From a virus (lineage: Duplodnaviria; Caudoviricetes), in IMG/VR virus record IMGVR_UViG_3300016673_000467, positions 1-63,134 of that record: a stretch of DNA of 63,134 nt. The stretch is one strand, 5' to 3'. Positions 46,964-56,780 of this stretch are shown here, one piece after another (within the stretch, counting starts at the first letter, position 1; each line of letters opens with the position of its first letter). The notes beneath the pieces are model-generated. The model made no database searches. It was given only the letters and a program-made list of their open reading frames with translations, and was not told the origin of the DNA. Position numbers and translations under genes: made by a program.

Positions 46964-47314
46964 ATGCGAATTTTGATAGGGACTTTGGTGATGACGCTCC
47001 TGGTGGGGTGCATGGCACCCACGATGAACGAAGCACGCCAGGAGGGTCCGTACAAGGTGCTGAGTTCGAAGAAAGCCGCTGCTGCTCTGGCTCAATGCAT
47101 CCAATACGAATGGCAGAACCAACCTATCTTCGGCGGCACGCCTGGGGCAACTCTTCAGCCAAGCCGCGACTCCGGATACACGGTTTTTACTGAGGGCTCG
47201 CAGTACTTCGTTGATATCCAGCCAAAAGGCTCTGGATCGGAAGCAAAATATTACGTGTTGGTTGGTAACTGGATCGCCAATAAAAGGCTGTCCGCATTGC
47301 AAGGCTGTTTGTAG
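46964..47314 (+). CDS. Lipoprotein
   Basis: Lipobox LVGC; paired Cys. Confidence 0.8.
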   Translation: MRILIGTLVMTLLVGCMAPTMNEARQEGPYKVLSSKKAAAALAQCIQYEWQNQPIFGGTPGATLQPSRDSGYTVFTEGSQYFVDIQPKGSGSEAKYYVLVGNWIANKRLSALQGCL

Positions 47315-47333
47315 CGACACATCAATTCATTCA

Positions 47334-47357
47334 AGGCTCGCTTCTGCGGGCCTTTTT
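47334..47357 (+). terminator. Terminator
   Basis: AGGCTCGC-TTCT-GCGGGCCTTTTT. Confidence 0.65.
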
Positions 47358-47375
47358 ATTACCTGGAGAATGCCT

Positions 47376-47987
47376 ATGGCCGCATTGGCGATCAACTATC
47401 AGCCACTGACCACGATTCTGCTGTATGGGCAACTTCGGCAGTTCGGGCGCTCTTTCAGGCTTTCTGTCCGGACCCCTGGCGAGGCTATCAAGGCGCTATG
47501 CGTGCAGATACCGGGCTTTGAAAGATTTCTGTCTAACGCAAAGTCTCGCGGGATCGAGTTCGCAGTTTTCCGAGGGTCGAAAAACCTTGAAGAGAAAGAG
47601 CTTGGTTTTTCCGGGGAAGGGGATATTCGAATCGCCCCAATTGTCACCGGCAGTAAGCGTGGCGGGGCGCTCCAGACCATTATAGGGGCCGTGCTGATCG
47701 TTGTTGGACTGGTCATCACCGGCGGCACCTTTGGCGCAGGCGCACCATTCGGTTCGGCATTGATCATGATGGGTGGCTCAATGGTGCTGGGCGGCGTAAT
47801 CCAAATGCTAAGCCCCCAACCAGGCGGCCTTAAAACCAGCGCAGCCCCAGAAAATACCCCCGGATACGCCTTCGGCAGCGCCAAGAACACCACGGCTTCA
47901 GGTAACCCTGTTTCACTGTGCTATGGCCGTCGCCGCTGGGGTGGCGCAATCATTAGTGCCGCCATTTACGCCGAAGATCAGATGTAA
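47376..47987 (+). CDS. Tail assembly protein I
   Basis: EAIKALCVQIPGF; GNPVSLCYG. Confidence 0.9.
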   Translation: MAALAINYQPLTTILLYGQLRQFGRSFRLSVRTPGEAIKALCVQIPGFERFLSNAKSRGIEFAVFRGSKNLEEKELGFSGEGDIRIAPIVTGSKRGGALQTIIGAVLIVVGLVITGGTFGAGAPFGSALIMMGGSMVLGGVIQMLSPQPGGLKTSAAPENTPGYAFGSAKNTTASGNPVSLCYGRRRWGGAIISAAIYAEDQM

Positions 47988-48003
47988 AAACAACAGCACA
48001 CAC

Positions 48004-48025
48004 GCCGCCCGCGAGGCGGCTTTTT
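48004..48025 (+). terminator. Hairpin with U-tract
   Basis: GCCGCC-CGCGA-GGCGGCTTTTT. Confidence 0.6.
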
Positions 48026-48042
48026 AATGCCTGGAGGAAAGC

Positions 48043-51000
48043 ATGGGCGCAGCACAATTACTCGATATCCATGGCGCCAAGGGCGGATCAGACAAGCCGA
48101 AGACACCTACCGAAGCCCCGGACAGTCTGCGCTCTATTGCCTTGGCAAAAATGTTGATCGCAGTGGGCGAGGGCGAGTTTGACGGGACGCCCACGGCCAA
48201 AAACATCTTTCTCGACAACACCCCACTGCAGGATGAACAAGGGAATCTCAACTTCCCGAATGTGAAGTGGGAGTGGCGTACCGGCTCCGTTGAGCAACCC
48301 TACATCCCAGGGATTCCCTCAGTGGAGAACGAAACCAGCTTGGGTATTGAGCTGCGAAGCGGTACACCGTGGGTGAGGGCGATCAGCAATACCCAGCTTT
48401 CTGCGGTGCGCCTTCGCTTTGCCTGGCCAATGCTGCAATCGATTGATGCCAGCGGGAACATCAACGGTTACCGGATCGAGTTCAAGGTCGAAGTGGCTAC
48501 CGATGGCGGCGCGTACCGAGAGGTGCTGAACGAAGCGGTAGATGGGAAGACCACCAGCGTTTACGAGCGCACGCGGCGCATCGATTTGCCCAAAGCTGCG
48601 AGCGGTTGGTTGTTGCGGATCACGCGCTTAACCGCCAATCAGAACAATAATAAAATCGCTGACACCATGCAGATTGCAGGTTTCACTGAGGTCATCGACG
48701 CCAAGCTGCGGTATCCGAACACGGCACTGCTTTACATTGAATTTTCGGCCGAGCAGTTTCGCAACATCCCAGCGATTACGATCGAGTGCGACGCACGCAA
48801 GATGTCGGTACCCAGCAACTACGACCCGCGCACCAGGTCTTACGTTGGAATCTGGGACGGCACCTTCAAGCAGGCTTGGACCGATAATCCGGTCTGGATG
48901 ACCTACGACATTACGGTCAACGACCGTTTCGGTCTTGGCCGCCGGATCAAACCCTGGCAGGTCGACAAATGGGAGATGTACCGCATCGCCCAGTACTGCG
49001 ACCAGTTGGTACCTGACGGTAGAGGGGGTATGGAACCGCGCTTTATCTGCAACCTGAACCTGCAGGGCAAGTCGGATGCCTGGACGCTGCTGCGGGATAT
49101 TTCTGCAATCTACCGCGGCATGACCTACTGGGCTCAGGGCCAGGTGATTTCGCTGTCGGATATGCCGCGCTCCACTGACTTTGACTTCGCCTACACCCGG
49201 GCAAACGTGATCGATGGCAAGTTCACCTATGCCAGCGCCTCGGAGCGCACCCGCTACAGCCGCGCATTGATCAGCTACGACAACCCGGCCAACAACTACG
49301 ATACTGACGTCACGGCGGTGACCGACAGCAAGCTGCAGCGCCGCTATGGTGATAATCCGCTGGAGATCAGCGCCATTGGTTGCACCCGTGAGTCCGAGGC
49401 GCAGCGCCGGGGCAAGTGGGCGCTGCTGACCAATGCCAAGGATCGGGCGGTAACGTTCAGAACCGGCCTCGCCGGGCGTATTCCATTGCCGGGGTATGTG
49501 ATCCCGATAGCTGACGAGTTGATCGCTGGGCGGCCGGTGGGTGGCCTGGTGTCGGCGGTGGGTGGCAAGGTCATTACCCTGGACCGCGATACCTCGGCCA
49601 AACCGGGCGATCGCCTTATTCTCAATCTGCCCGACGGCAAGTGCGAGGGCCGAACCATTCAACTGGTCAGTGGGCGCAAGGTTACGGTGACCACCGCGTA
49701 CTCCGTCGCGCCTGAAGCGGAATTGGTCTGGTGCCTGGACGCTGACGATCTGGCGGTACCGCTTTACCGGGTCACCAGTGTGTCGCGACCAGAGCCCGGC
49801 GTATTTGAAATCTCGGCCGTGCAGTATGACCCAAGCAAGTTCGCGCATATCGACACCGGCGCCCGTCTGGAAGAGCGACCCATCAGCGTGATTCCGATCA
49901 CCGTGGTACCGGCGCCGGCCAGCGTGACACTGACGTCAAATTCGTCGGTTGCTCAAGGTTTGGCCGTGACCACCATGACCATCGCCTGGGAGTCGGTGGC
50001 CGGTGCGGTTGCCTATGACGTGGAGTGGCGCAAGGACAGCGGCAACTGGATCAAGGTGCAGCGCACGGGCTCGTCCAGCGTGGACGTCACCGGCATCTAC
50101 GCGGGCGCTTATCTGGCCCGGGTGCGGGCGGTCAGCGCGCTTGATATTTCCTCGATCTGGAAGTCGTCGCAGCTGACTCAGTTGAACGGCAAGGAAGGGT
50201 TGCCACCGGCGGTCAGCTACTTGAACACCCAAAGCCGGTTATTTGAAATCGGCCTCAAATGGGGGTTCCCGGAAGGGGCGGAAGACACCCAGCGCACCGA
50301 AATCTGGTTCAGCCAAGCCAATAGCCTGGAGGGCGCCGTCAAACTGTCGGATCTGGCCTATCCGCAGAACGATTACCGCCTGCAAAGCCTAGCTGCTGGC
50401 GCGCAGTTCTTCTTCTGGGCGCGGCTGGTCGACCGCACCGGCAATATCGGGCCGTTTTACCCGGTGCAAAGCGGAGTGATGGGGCAGGCCAGCGCTGATG
50501 CCGGACCGGTGCTGGAGTTGATTGCCGGGCACATTGGAAAGACAGAACTTGGCAAGGATCTACTGGATGAAATCGACAAGATTCCGGGCTTGCAGTCGCA
50601 ACTCGACGCGCTGGATGTGCTGCCCTCGTATGACCCCTCGACGGTATATCTCAGCGGCGACCTTGTGGTCTATGACAAGCGGATCTATCAAGCAGCAAGT
50701 CCAGTACCGAGCAACACGCCACCCCCTGATACAGCCTACTGGCTGGACGTTGGTCAGGTTGCAGTGACGGCAAATGGTTTGGCCCGTCAGGTGGAAATCA
50801 ATACTGCCGGGATCACTGAGCTGGATGGCGTCATCACCGCTCAGGCGTCCAGCCTTCAAGCGTTGCAAGCGTCATACCGCGATGACAATGGGGAGGGTGA
50901 TCTCGTAGATGCCTTGCAGGGCTACAACAGCGCGGCCAATTTTGCCCAGGAAGTGAAAGTGCGCAGCTCACAGAACGAGGCGCTGGCCCAACGTCAGACA

Positions 51001-51612
51001 GAGTTCAGCGCCGAAGTGGGTGATGTGCGCGGAACCATTGTTGATTTGGAGCGCGCTGTAGCGACCGACAGGGAAGCCATTGCTGAGGCAATAAACCAGA
51101 TCGGTGTTGAGGTCGGCGAGAACTCCGCTGCTATCCAAACAGTCAGCAAGGCTCAGGGAGACATCGAGGGCAACCTGTCGACCATGTGGTCAGTGAAAAT
51201 GCAGGTAAATACCAACGGCCAATTGGTCACGGCGGGTATTGGGCTCGGCATCGAAACCAACGCCGAGGGCGTTACACAAAGCCAGTTCTTGGTCAGCGCT
51301 GATCGTTTTGCTGTCGTTGGAGCACTCGCAGGTGGTGAGGTTTTTACACCTTTTGTGGTTCAAGACGGGCAGGTGTTTATGGCCTCCGCGTTTATCCAGG
51401 ACGGCACGATCACCAATGCCAAAATTGGCGAGTACATCGCTTCGACGAACTACGTGGCAGGTGTCAGCGGTTGGCGCCTTGATAAGTCGGGAACGTTTGA
51501 AATCAACGGCAACGTTCCAGATGAAGGCAGGATGATCATGACGCACAGATCGCTGCGGGTGTACGACGCCGATAACATCAAGCGCGTGCAGCTGGGAGAT
51601 CTGTCCGAATGA
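48043..51612 (+). CDS. Tail tip / host specificity protein J
   Basis: YPNTAL, AWTDNP, FN3-like segments, C-terminal FIQDGTITNAKI. Confidence 0.95.
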   Translation: MGAAQLLDIHGAKGGSDKPKTPTEAPDSLRSIALAKMLIAVGEGEFDGTPTAKNIFLDNTPLQDEQGNLNFPNVKWEWRTGSVEQPYIPGIPSVENETSLGIELRSGTPWVRAISNTQLSAVRLRFAWPMLQSIDASGNINGYRIEFKVEVATDGGAYREVLNEAVDGKTTSVYERTRRIDLPKAASGWLLRITRLTANQNNNKIADTMQIAGFTEVIDAKLRYPNTALLYIEFSAEQFRNIPAITIECDARKMSVPSNYDPRTRSYVGIWDGTFKQAWTDNPVWMTYDITVNDRFGLGRRIKPWQVDKWEMYRIAQYCDQLVPDGRGGMEPRFICNLNLQGKSDAWTLLRDISAIYRGMTYWAQGQVISLSDMPRSTDFDFAYTRANVIDGKFTYASASERTRYSRALISYDNPANNYDTDVTAVTDSKLQRRYGDNPLEISAIGCTRESEAQRRGKWALLTNAKDRAVTFRTGLAGRIPLPGYVIPIADELIAGRPVGGLVSAVGGKVITLDRDTSAKPGDRLILNLPDGKCEGRTIQLVSGRKVTVTTAYSVAPEAELVWCLDADDLAVPLYRVTSVSRPEPGVFEISAVQYDPSKFAHIDTGARLEERPISVIPITVVPAPASVTLTSNSSVAQGLAVTTMTIAWESVAGAVAYDVEWRKDSGNWIKVQRTGSSSVDVTGIYAGAYLARVRAVSALDISSIWKSSQLTQLNGKEGLPPAVSYLNTQSRLFEIGLKWGFPEGAEDTQRTEIWFSQANSLEGAVKLSDLAYPQNDYRLQSLAAGAQFFFWARLVDRTGNIGPFYPVQSGVMGQASADAGPVLELIAGHIGKTELGKDLLDEIDKIPGLQSQLDALDVLPSYDPSTVYLSGDLVVYDKRIYQAASPVPSNTPPPDTAYWLDVGQVAVTANGLARQVEINTAGITELDGVITAQASSLQALQASYRDDNGEGDLVDALQGYNSAANFAQEVKVRSSQNEALAQRQTEFSAEVGDVRGTIVDLERAVATDREAIAEAINQIGVEVGENSAAIQTVSKAQGDIEGNLSTMWSVKMQVNTNGQLVTAGIGLGIETNAEGVTQSQFLVSADRFAVVGALAGGEVFTPFVVQDGQVFMASAFIQDGTITNAKIGEYIASTNYVAGVSGWRLDKSGTFEINGNVPDEGRMIMTHRSLRVYDADNIKRVQLGDLSE

Positions 51613-51941
51613 GCTTCGGGTTAAGAACGTGGAGCGCAAAAGGAGCTATCGAGTTGGACACCGATAACTTCACCTACCAGGTGATCCATAACCAGCGCTA
51701 TCAGCTGAGCCGGGGGGCTGTGATTACCGTCCCCATTGCGGGGTTTGACCCCGCCAAATGCTCGGCTTCAATCCTACCGATTAACCCGGCGGCAAGCGCA
51801 AACAACTGGGAGGCCATGCCCTATATGTCGGTAGGGACCGGGTTTGTGAGCATTCGATCATTGCACCCTAACGAAGATCCCAAGTTTGGCTATGGGTCCA
51901 CCATAGCTTTCAGGCTGTTAGCGATGAGGTACCGAAATTGA
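51609..51941 (+). CDS. Tail tip accessory protein
   Basis: MSFGLRTW; coupled to J. Confidence 0.75.
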   Translation: MSFGLRTWSAKGAIELDTDNFTYQVIHNQRYQLSRGAVITVPIAGFDPAKCSASILPINPAASANNWEAMPYMSVGTGFVSIRSLHPNEDPKFGYGSTIAFRLLAMRYRN

Positions 51942-52633
51942 GCTTTGGTCTGACGGTCCGTAACGATGACTCTTTTATTCAGATTGACTCGGAAACCCCC
52001 AGGCTTTGCTCTGTTTACAGCGGGACCTATGCCGCCACCGGGGACAGGGTTGCGCGGGTGGCATTTCCTGCGCCCATAACCACCGAAGAGCCTCCTTGCG
52101 TCTTTATTCATAATTCGCCAGATCGAGCCCACGAACTCTACGACGGCATGACCATCAATGGTTCGGCGGGTAACTGGATAGGGTTCAGCATCTCGGCCAA
52201 CAACGTTAATTGGAGACCCGCCGGTAAGTGGTTTGCGGCAGTCTTTGCTTCGCGCACAGCCGCGCAGTATGGCCTTAGGATGTGGTCTGGCACTGGCGCG
52301 CTTGTCTATGACTCTGGGGCCGCTCCCGTGATCATGACCAGAGCCAGCCACTATTGGGCGTATGCAGGCACTACGCAACACCCTCCGCTGGGGAATGCTT
52401 ACTACTGGGTTAATGGGGCAGTGGGCCCCTTGAAGGAAGACGAGTACTTCATGATCAACCCTTTCTCAAGGGGGCAGTTAAACCCTGGCCTTGCGATCTG
52501 GAACGTCGCCGGAGTCAGGTTTGATTACGGCTCGAACAGAGTGCAGCTGTTTATCACAACCAACCGGCCGGGAGGTGTATGGACCGATATTGGCCAGCCA
52601 TCTGCAGTATTCGCAAGGCTTCCAGGCACCTGA
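51938..52633 (+). CDS. Tail tip accessory protein
   Basis: SFGL.V.N...QIDSE; YGLRMW. Confidence 0.75.
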   Translation: MSFGLTVRNDDSFIQIDSETPRLCSVYSGTYAATGDRVARVAFPAPITTEEPPCVFIHNSPDRAHELYDGMTINGSAGNWIGFSISANNVNWRPAGKWFAAVFASRTAAQYGLRMWSGTGALVYDSGAAPVIMTRASHYWAYAGTTQHPPLGNAYYWVNGAVGPLKEDEYFMINPFSRGQLNPGLAIWNVAGVRFDYGSNRVQLFITTNRPGGVWTDIGQPSAVFARLPGT

Positions 52634-52693
52634 TCAGTGTGAAGAGCTCCCCCCGTTACTGACAACGAAACTCTCAAATGAACCCGCCCCGTA

Positions 52694-52718
52694 GCGGGTA
52701 TTTTTTTGTCCGGAGAAA
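52694..52718 (+). repeat. 25-bp direct repeat copy 1 (terminator tail plus RBS)
   Basis: GCGGGTATTTTTTTGTCCGGAGAAA. Confidence 0.85.
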
Positions 52719-52721
52719 CCT

Positions 52722-54179
52722 ATGCCCTGGTACAAAACCGGTACCGTAAAGGTCACCAACAACAGCAACGCCATTCTGGGCGCTGGCACTGCATTTATCT
52801 CAAATTCAAGGGTTGGGGATGCATTTCGCGGCCCTGATGGTGCTTGGTATGAAGTCACCAATATTGCCAGCGATACGGCAATATCAATTTCGCCTCACTA
52901 TCAAGGTTCCACGGTGGTTGCAGGTACGTACGCGCTGGTGCCCATGCAGGGTTATGTCAAAGACTCTGCAGATCAGCTGCGTGCTGCAACTTCAATTATT
53001 GGCAGCACTGCTACCGATATGTCAGGACAGGTTGCCAGTGCTTTAGCAGCAGCGGCAGCTGCCAAAGAATCCCGGAACTCAGCTACAAGTTCTGCGACAT
53101 CAGCTGGTCAAAGTAAAACAGCGGCCGCCACATCAGAAGCGGCAGCAACTACAGCAAAAAACCAAACGGTACAAAGTGCGTCGCAGGCTCTGGTCAGCAA
53201 AAATGAGGCTAAGACGAGTGAAACAAATGCAGCCACTTCTGCAGCAAAAGCTGAGGCAGCCGCAGGATCAGTTGCCAATAAGGCATCCTCTGGGGCGAAC
53301 AAGGACATTACGTCGCTAAGCGGGCTCACAACGCCACTATCAGTGACTCAAGGCGGTACTGGAGGCAACACACAGGCGCTTGGCAGAGCAGGTCTAGGGC
53401 TGGGGACAGCATCGACCGCAACCCTGACTACCAGCGTGAGCGATCACACCGTGGGCCGGGCGCTAAAAGTGGGGGACGGGGGCTGGATGGGCAATCCAGT
53501 TAACAGAAACACCCTGGCCAGTGTTAACGCAGAACGAGGGAGTGACATTTTCTACAGTGATGTGGTTTCTGCGCAAAATCCCTTTCCCGTCCGGGGCTCT
53601 GGCATTCATATCAAGTACCCAGGGACAGGAATGTTTTTTGATTTGTTTGCCAGCATCTCTGGCGCCGCAACGAGGCTCTTTGCCCGTGCAGCCAGCTCAG
53701 CCACTGCTATCAATGCCCCCGTGGAGCTTTATCACACCGGTAACCTGTCGACGGCTTCCGAAAGTGTGGCGGGTATTGCGAAGCGGTCGACATCAGAGCA
53801 GGCGACGGGTGGGAGCGACAACACAACACTGATGACCCCGTTGAGAGTTAAAGAGTTTGTCGATTCGTCAGTAAACACACCAAAAGCGTATGTGAGGTTT
53901 GGGCTGACGGGTGCAATTATCGAACAATTCAACGTAAGCAGTGTGGTTCGCAATGGTCCTGGTGATTTCACCCTCAAACACACCAGGCCGTTGCCATCAT
54001 CAACTCGTCCCATGTCTATCACAGGTTCTGTTGCATCAGGTATGGGTACTGGCGCAGGGTCTACAGGGTCATATTGGGGGCCAGCTGGTAGCACCGCAAC
54101 TCAAACAAGGGTCAGTTTCTACACGCCAAATGGGAATGCTTATGCAGACCCATTAGTTGGCATGGTCATTATTTACTAA
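52722..54179 (+). CDS. Tail fibre protein
   Basis: MPWYKTGTV N-terminus, Ala/Ser/Thr-rich shaft, variable tip. Confidence 0.88.
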   Translation: MPWYKTGTVKVTNNSNAILGAGTAFISNSRVGDAFRGPDGAWYEVTNIASDTAISISPHYQGSTVVAGTYALVPMQGYVKDSADQLRAATSIIGSTATDMSGQVASALAAAAAAKESRNSATSSATSAGQSKTAAATSEAAATTAKNQTVQSASQALVSKNEAKTSETNAATSAAKAEAAAGSVANKASSGANKDITSLSGLTTPLSVTQGGTGGNTQALGRAGLGLGTASTATLTTSVSDHTVGRALKVGDGGWMGNPVNRNTLASVNAERGSDIFYSDVVSAQNPFPVRGSGIHIKYPGTGMFFDLFASISGAATRLFARAASSATAINAPVELYHTGNLSTASESVAGIAKRSTSEQATGGSDNTTLMTPLRVKEFVDSSVNTPKAYVRFGLTGAIIEQFNVSSVVRNGPGDFTLKHTRPLPSSTRPMSITGSVASGMGTGAGSTGSYWGPAGSTATQTRVSFYTPNGNAYADPLVGMVIIY

Positions 54180-54188
54180 GGAGGTGGT

Positions 54189-54548
54189 ATGCCTATTTTG
54201 ATGAAAGACGGCTCCATGTTGAACTTGGCCGACAAGGAAAGCGAAGCGTTACATGCTGCTCAGGTCGATGGTGTTTTTGTAACCGATCAGCAGGCTGTTG
54301 CCATGATTATGGAATCACAGGCCCACAGAGATGCTCTAGATGTTGAGAGCGTGTGGAAAGAGTCCGCCGTGCAGGAAATTGCAAGGCAGCTTGAAGCCCT
54401 TGAAGAGGCTGAAGCCGACGTCCATCCTGCGGATCTATTACCTGGAACACGCAAGCAGTGGCTCAAATACCGGGGGCAAGTGAGCAATTGGAGCACATCC
54501 AGCCCAGGTTTCCCCGATAGTGAGCAGCGCCCAGTCCGGCCAAGTTGA
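54189..54548 (+). CDS. Tail fibre assembly protein
   Basis: WLKYR...FPDSEQRPVRP. Confidence 0.75.
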   Translation: MPILMKDGSMLNLADKESEALHAAQVDGVFVTDQQAVAMIMESQAHRDALDVESVWKESAVQEIARQLEALEEAEADVHPADLLPGTRKQWLKYRGQVSNWSTSSPGFPDSEQRPVRPS

Positions 54549-54578
54549 TCAACACTGATACATCGAACCCCGCCGAGT

Positions 54579-54603
54579 GCGGGTATTTTTTTGTCCGGAG
54601 AAA
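54579..54603 (+). repeat. 25-bp direct repeat copy 2
   Basis: Identical to 52694-52718. Confidence 0.85.
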
Positions 54604-54607
54604 AGTC

Positions 54608-55213
54608 ATGCCCATCACTGTGCAGCAGTTGCTGCAGATTCTCCCGAACGCCAGCCGAGTTGCAGGCGTTTTTGTTCCTGTATTAAACGCAGCCATGAAC
54701 CGGTACCAGATTGTTGGTGCTAAGCGCATAGCGGCCTTTGTCGCCCAGGTAGGCCACGAATCCGGCCACCTGACGCACCTGGTGGAAAACCTCAACTACA
54801 GCGCCGATGCCTTGCGCAGAAACTGGCCAAGTCGTTTCGACGTTGAGCTGGCCACTGCCGCCGCACGCAAGCCCGAACAGATCGCCAACATCGCTTACGG
54901 CAACCGCATGGGCAACACCGCCCTTGGCGACGGCTGGAAGTATCGCGGACGTGGTCTGATCCAGATCACCGGCAAGAACAACTACCGCGCCTGTGGCGAA
55001 GCGCTGGGCCTGGACCTTCTTGCACAACCTGAATTACTGGAGAAGCCGCAGCATGCCTGCATGTCAGCTGCATGGTTCTGGGCAACCAAGGGGCTCAACA
55101 CCCTTGCCGACGCTGGCCAGTTCGACAAGATCACCCAACGTATCAATGGTGGCCAGAACGGCGCGGCCGATCGGCAGGCGCTGTACGCCAGGGCGCTCAA
55201 GGTGTTGGCGTGA
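54608..55213 (+). CDS. Endolysin, glycoside hydrolase family 19
   Basis: AQVGHESG, YRGRGLIQITG, RINGG. Confidence 0.93.
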   Translation: MPITVQQLLQILPNASRVAGVFVPVLNAAMNRYQIVGAKRIAAFVAQVGHESGHLTHLVENLNYSADALRRNWPSRFDVELATAAARKPEQIANIAYGNRMGNTALGDGWKYRGRGLIQITGKNNYRACGEALGLDLLAQPELLEKPQHACMSAAWFWATKGLNTLADAGQFDKITQRINGGQNGAADRQALYARALKVLA

Positions 55214-55584
55214 CCCCCGGGGCTTGGAGGCTGACGGGTGTGGGGCTTGCGCTGGCCCTGCTGCTGGCGTTGGGCGCCGCTGGCGGGGTTTGGCTGGCCG
55301 CATGTTATTATCGACCGTTGCTTGATACCGCAAATGCAGTTCTAGCCACAGCTAAGCAAGCCCGCGATAACCTCGAAACTCTTTCTGGAGAACAAGGCAG
55401 GAAGCTAGGAGAATTGGTTCTGGCTGGCGAGCTGCGGGCGCGGAATGCGACACTTGCTATCGACAAAGCCAAGGAAGAGGCTCAGCCGGACTACGCAGCA
55501 GCAAATCAGCTGCTGCGGGAGCGAACCGGTGGTGTTCCGGCCGAAGCCGCAGCATTGATCATTGATCAGGAGCTGGGGTTATGA
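55210..55584 (+). CDS. Inner-membrane spanin (Rz-like)
   Basis: N-terminal TM plus coiled coil after the endolysin. Confidence 0.75.
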   Translation: MTPGAWRLTGVGLALALLLALGAAGGVWLAACYYRPLLDTANAVLATAKQARDNLETLSGEQGRKLGELVLAGELRARNATLAIDKAKEEAQPDYAAANQLLRERTGGVPAEAAALIIDQELGL

Positions 55585-55838
55585 AATGGATGTTCATGGT
55601 GTTGGTGGTGGTACTGGTTGGATGCGTGAATCGGGAGTTAGATGTGCGAACTGTGCGGGTCGAGGTACCAGTGTTGGTTCCGTGCAAAACGCAGATGATT
55701 ACAGCTCCCTCTTGGGCCGCAGCCGCACTCAAAAAGACTGATTCTCTCGAAATGAAGGTGAGGGCGCTGCTGGCTGAGCGCCGTCAGCGAATAGGTTATG
55801 AACACGAGCTTATTTCTGCCATTGACTCGTGTCGTTAG
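55581..55838 (+). CDS. Outer-membrane spanin lipoprotein (Rz1-like)
   Basis: Lipobox LVGC; VPC; C-terminal Cys. Confidence 0.75.
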   Translation: MKWMFMVLVVVLVGCVNRELDVRTVRVEVPVLVPCKTQMITAPSWAAAALKKTDSLEMKVRALLAERRQRIGYEHELISAIDSCR

Positions 55839-56596
55839 AATAAGAAGCTATGTGCCATGCCGGTATCAACCATTGTTTTTGTAATGGCGGACGCTCTTAT
55901 GTTCCATGTCTTAGGGTCAAGTCTGCATTTGGCGAACGTTATACTGGGGAAAGTGTGAAACACATAGCTGGCGAATTCGTTGTTTTCTGGTGTGTTTTTT
56001 ACGCGTGCACCTAGATATACAGATTTAAATGCATGTGTAGGTATTTCTAGATCTAAGAATGCAGTTTCTTTGTCGAGGATCATTGCTGAGTTGTGCTCTG
56101 GATTGATGCACTTCACAACCCTAACTTCTTCTTCGTATGCCCAATGAATAGATTTGTGGAGAAATAGCTTTTCAAGTGTTCCTCTGTCGCTATTAGCAGA
56201 CATATTAACTTCTAGTTGCATGTCTGTAGGAGTTGGGCGCACGGAAGTATATATTACGGATCCCGATTTAGCAGGTATGATATTTTGTTGTTCACAATCT
56301 AAGCCCGCGTCTGCAGTATCGATTCCAATCACAGCACCCTCGTGGTTTTCACCATAGTGCGCCCACATTAATAAGTTGAATTGGTTTCGTGTTAGGCAGA
56401 GTACTCCAGACCGGTCGCGGTGGGTGCGAGAAAGAATGTTAGTGATAAATGATTTATCCGTTGAGTGTTGTTCGTCGCTTGTGGATAGAGCGCAGTCATA
56501 TGGGTCGTTGAAGAAGTTTGGGTTGCTAAAACGTAATGTCTTTTTTGTTAGGGCGGACTTGAGCGCCTTTGCTGACATGTACTTATACAGAATCAT
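55835..56596 (-). CDS. DUF2971 domain protein
   Basis: LYKY, FNDPYD, LMWAHY, K...WAYEEEVR; AT-rich. Confidence 0.85.
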   Translation of the reverse strand: MILYKYMSAKALKSALTKKTLRFSNPNFFNDPYDCALSTSDEQHSTDKSFITNILSRTHRDRSGVLCLTRNQFNLLMWAHYGENHEGAVIGIDTADAGLDCEQQNIIPAKSGSVIYTSVRPTPTDMQLEVNMSANSDRGTLEKLFLHKSIHWAYEEEVRVVKCINPEHNSAMILDKETAFLDLEIPTHAFKSVYLGARVKNTPENNEFASYVFHTFPSITFAKCRLDPKTWNIRASAITKTMVDTGMAHSFLF

Positions 56597-56780
56597 CTAT
56601 TTTCTCTCAAGTTTGTATCTGAATGAGGGTGTGGTGAGTGTCTCTTTAATTGATTCAAGTAGATTGGATTGTATGTTTTGGTAAGAGTCGAAAATTTTGT
56701 GCGCTGTATCATAATGAAAAAACTACGCTGTGGATCAAGTTTTTTGGTCTGAGGCGGCGCTTGCCTTAAGTGTTGGGAAT

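Noticed and set aside
23205-55838. Split lysis cassette (holin before terminase, endolysin after tail)
   Set aside because: Common arrangement in Pseudomonas temperate phages
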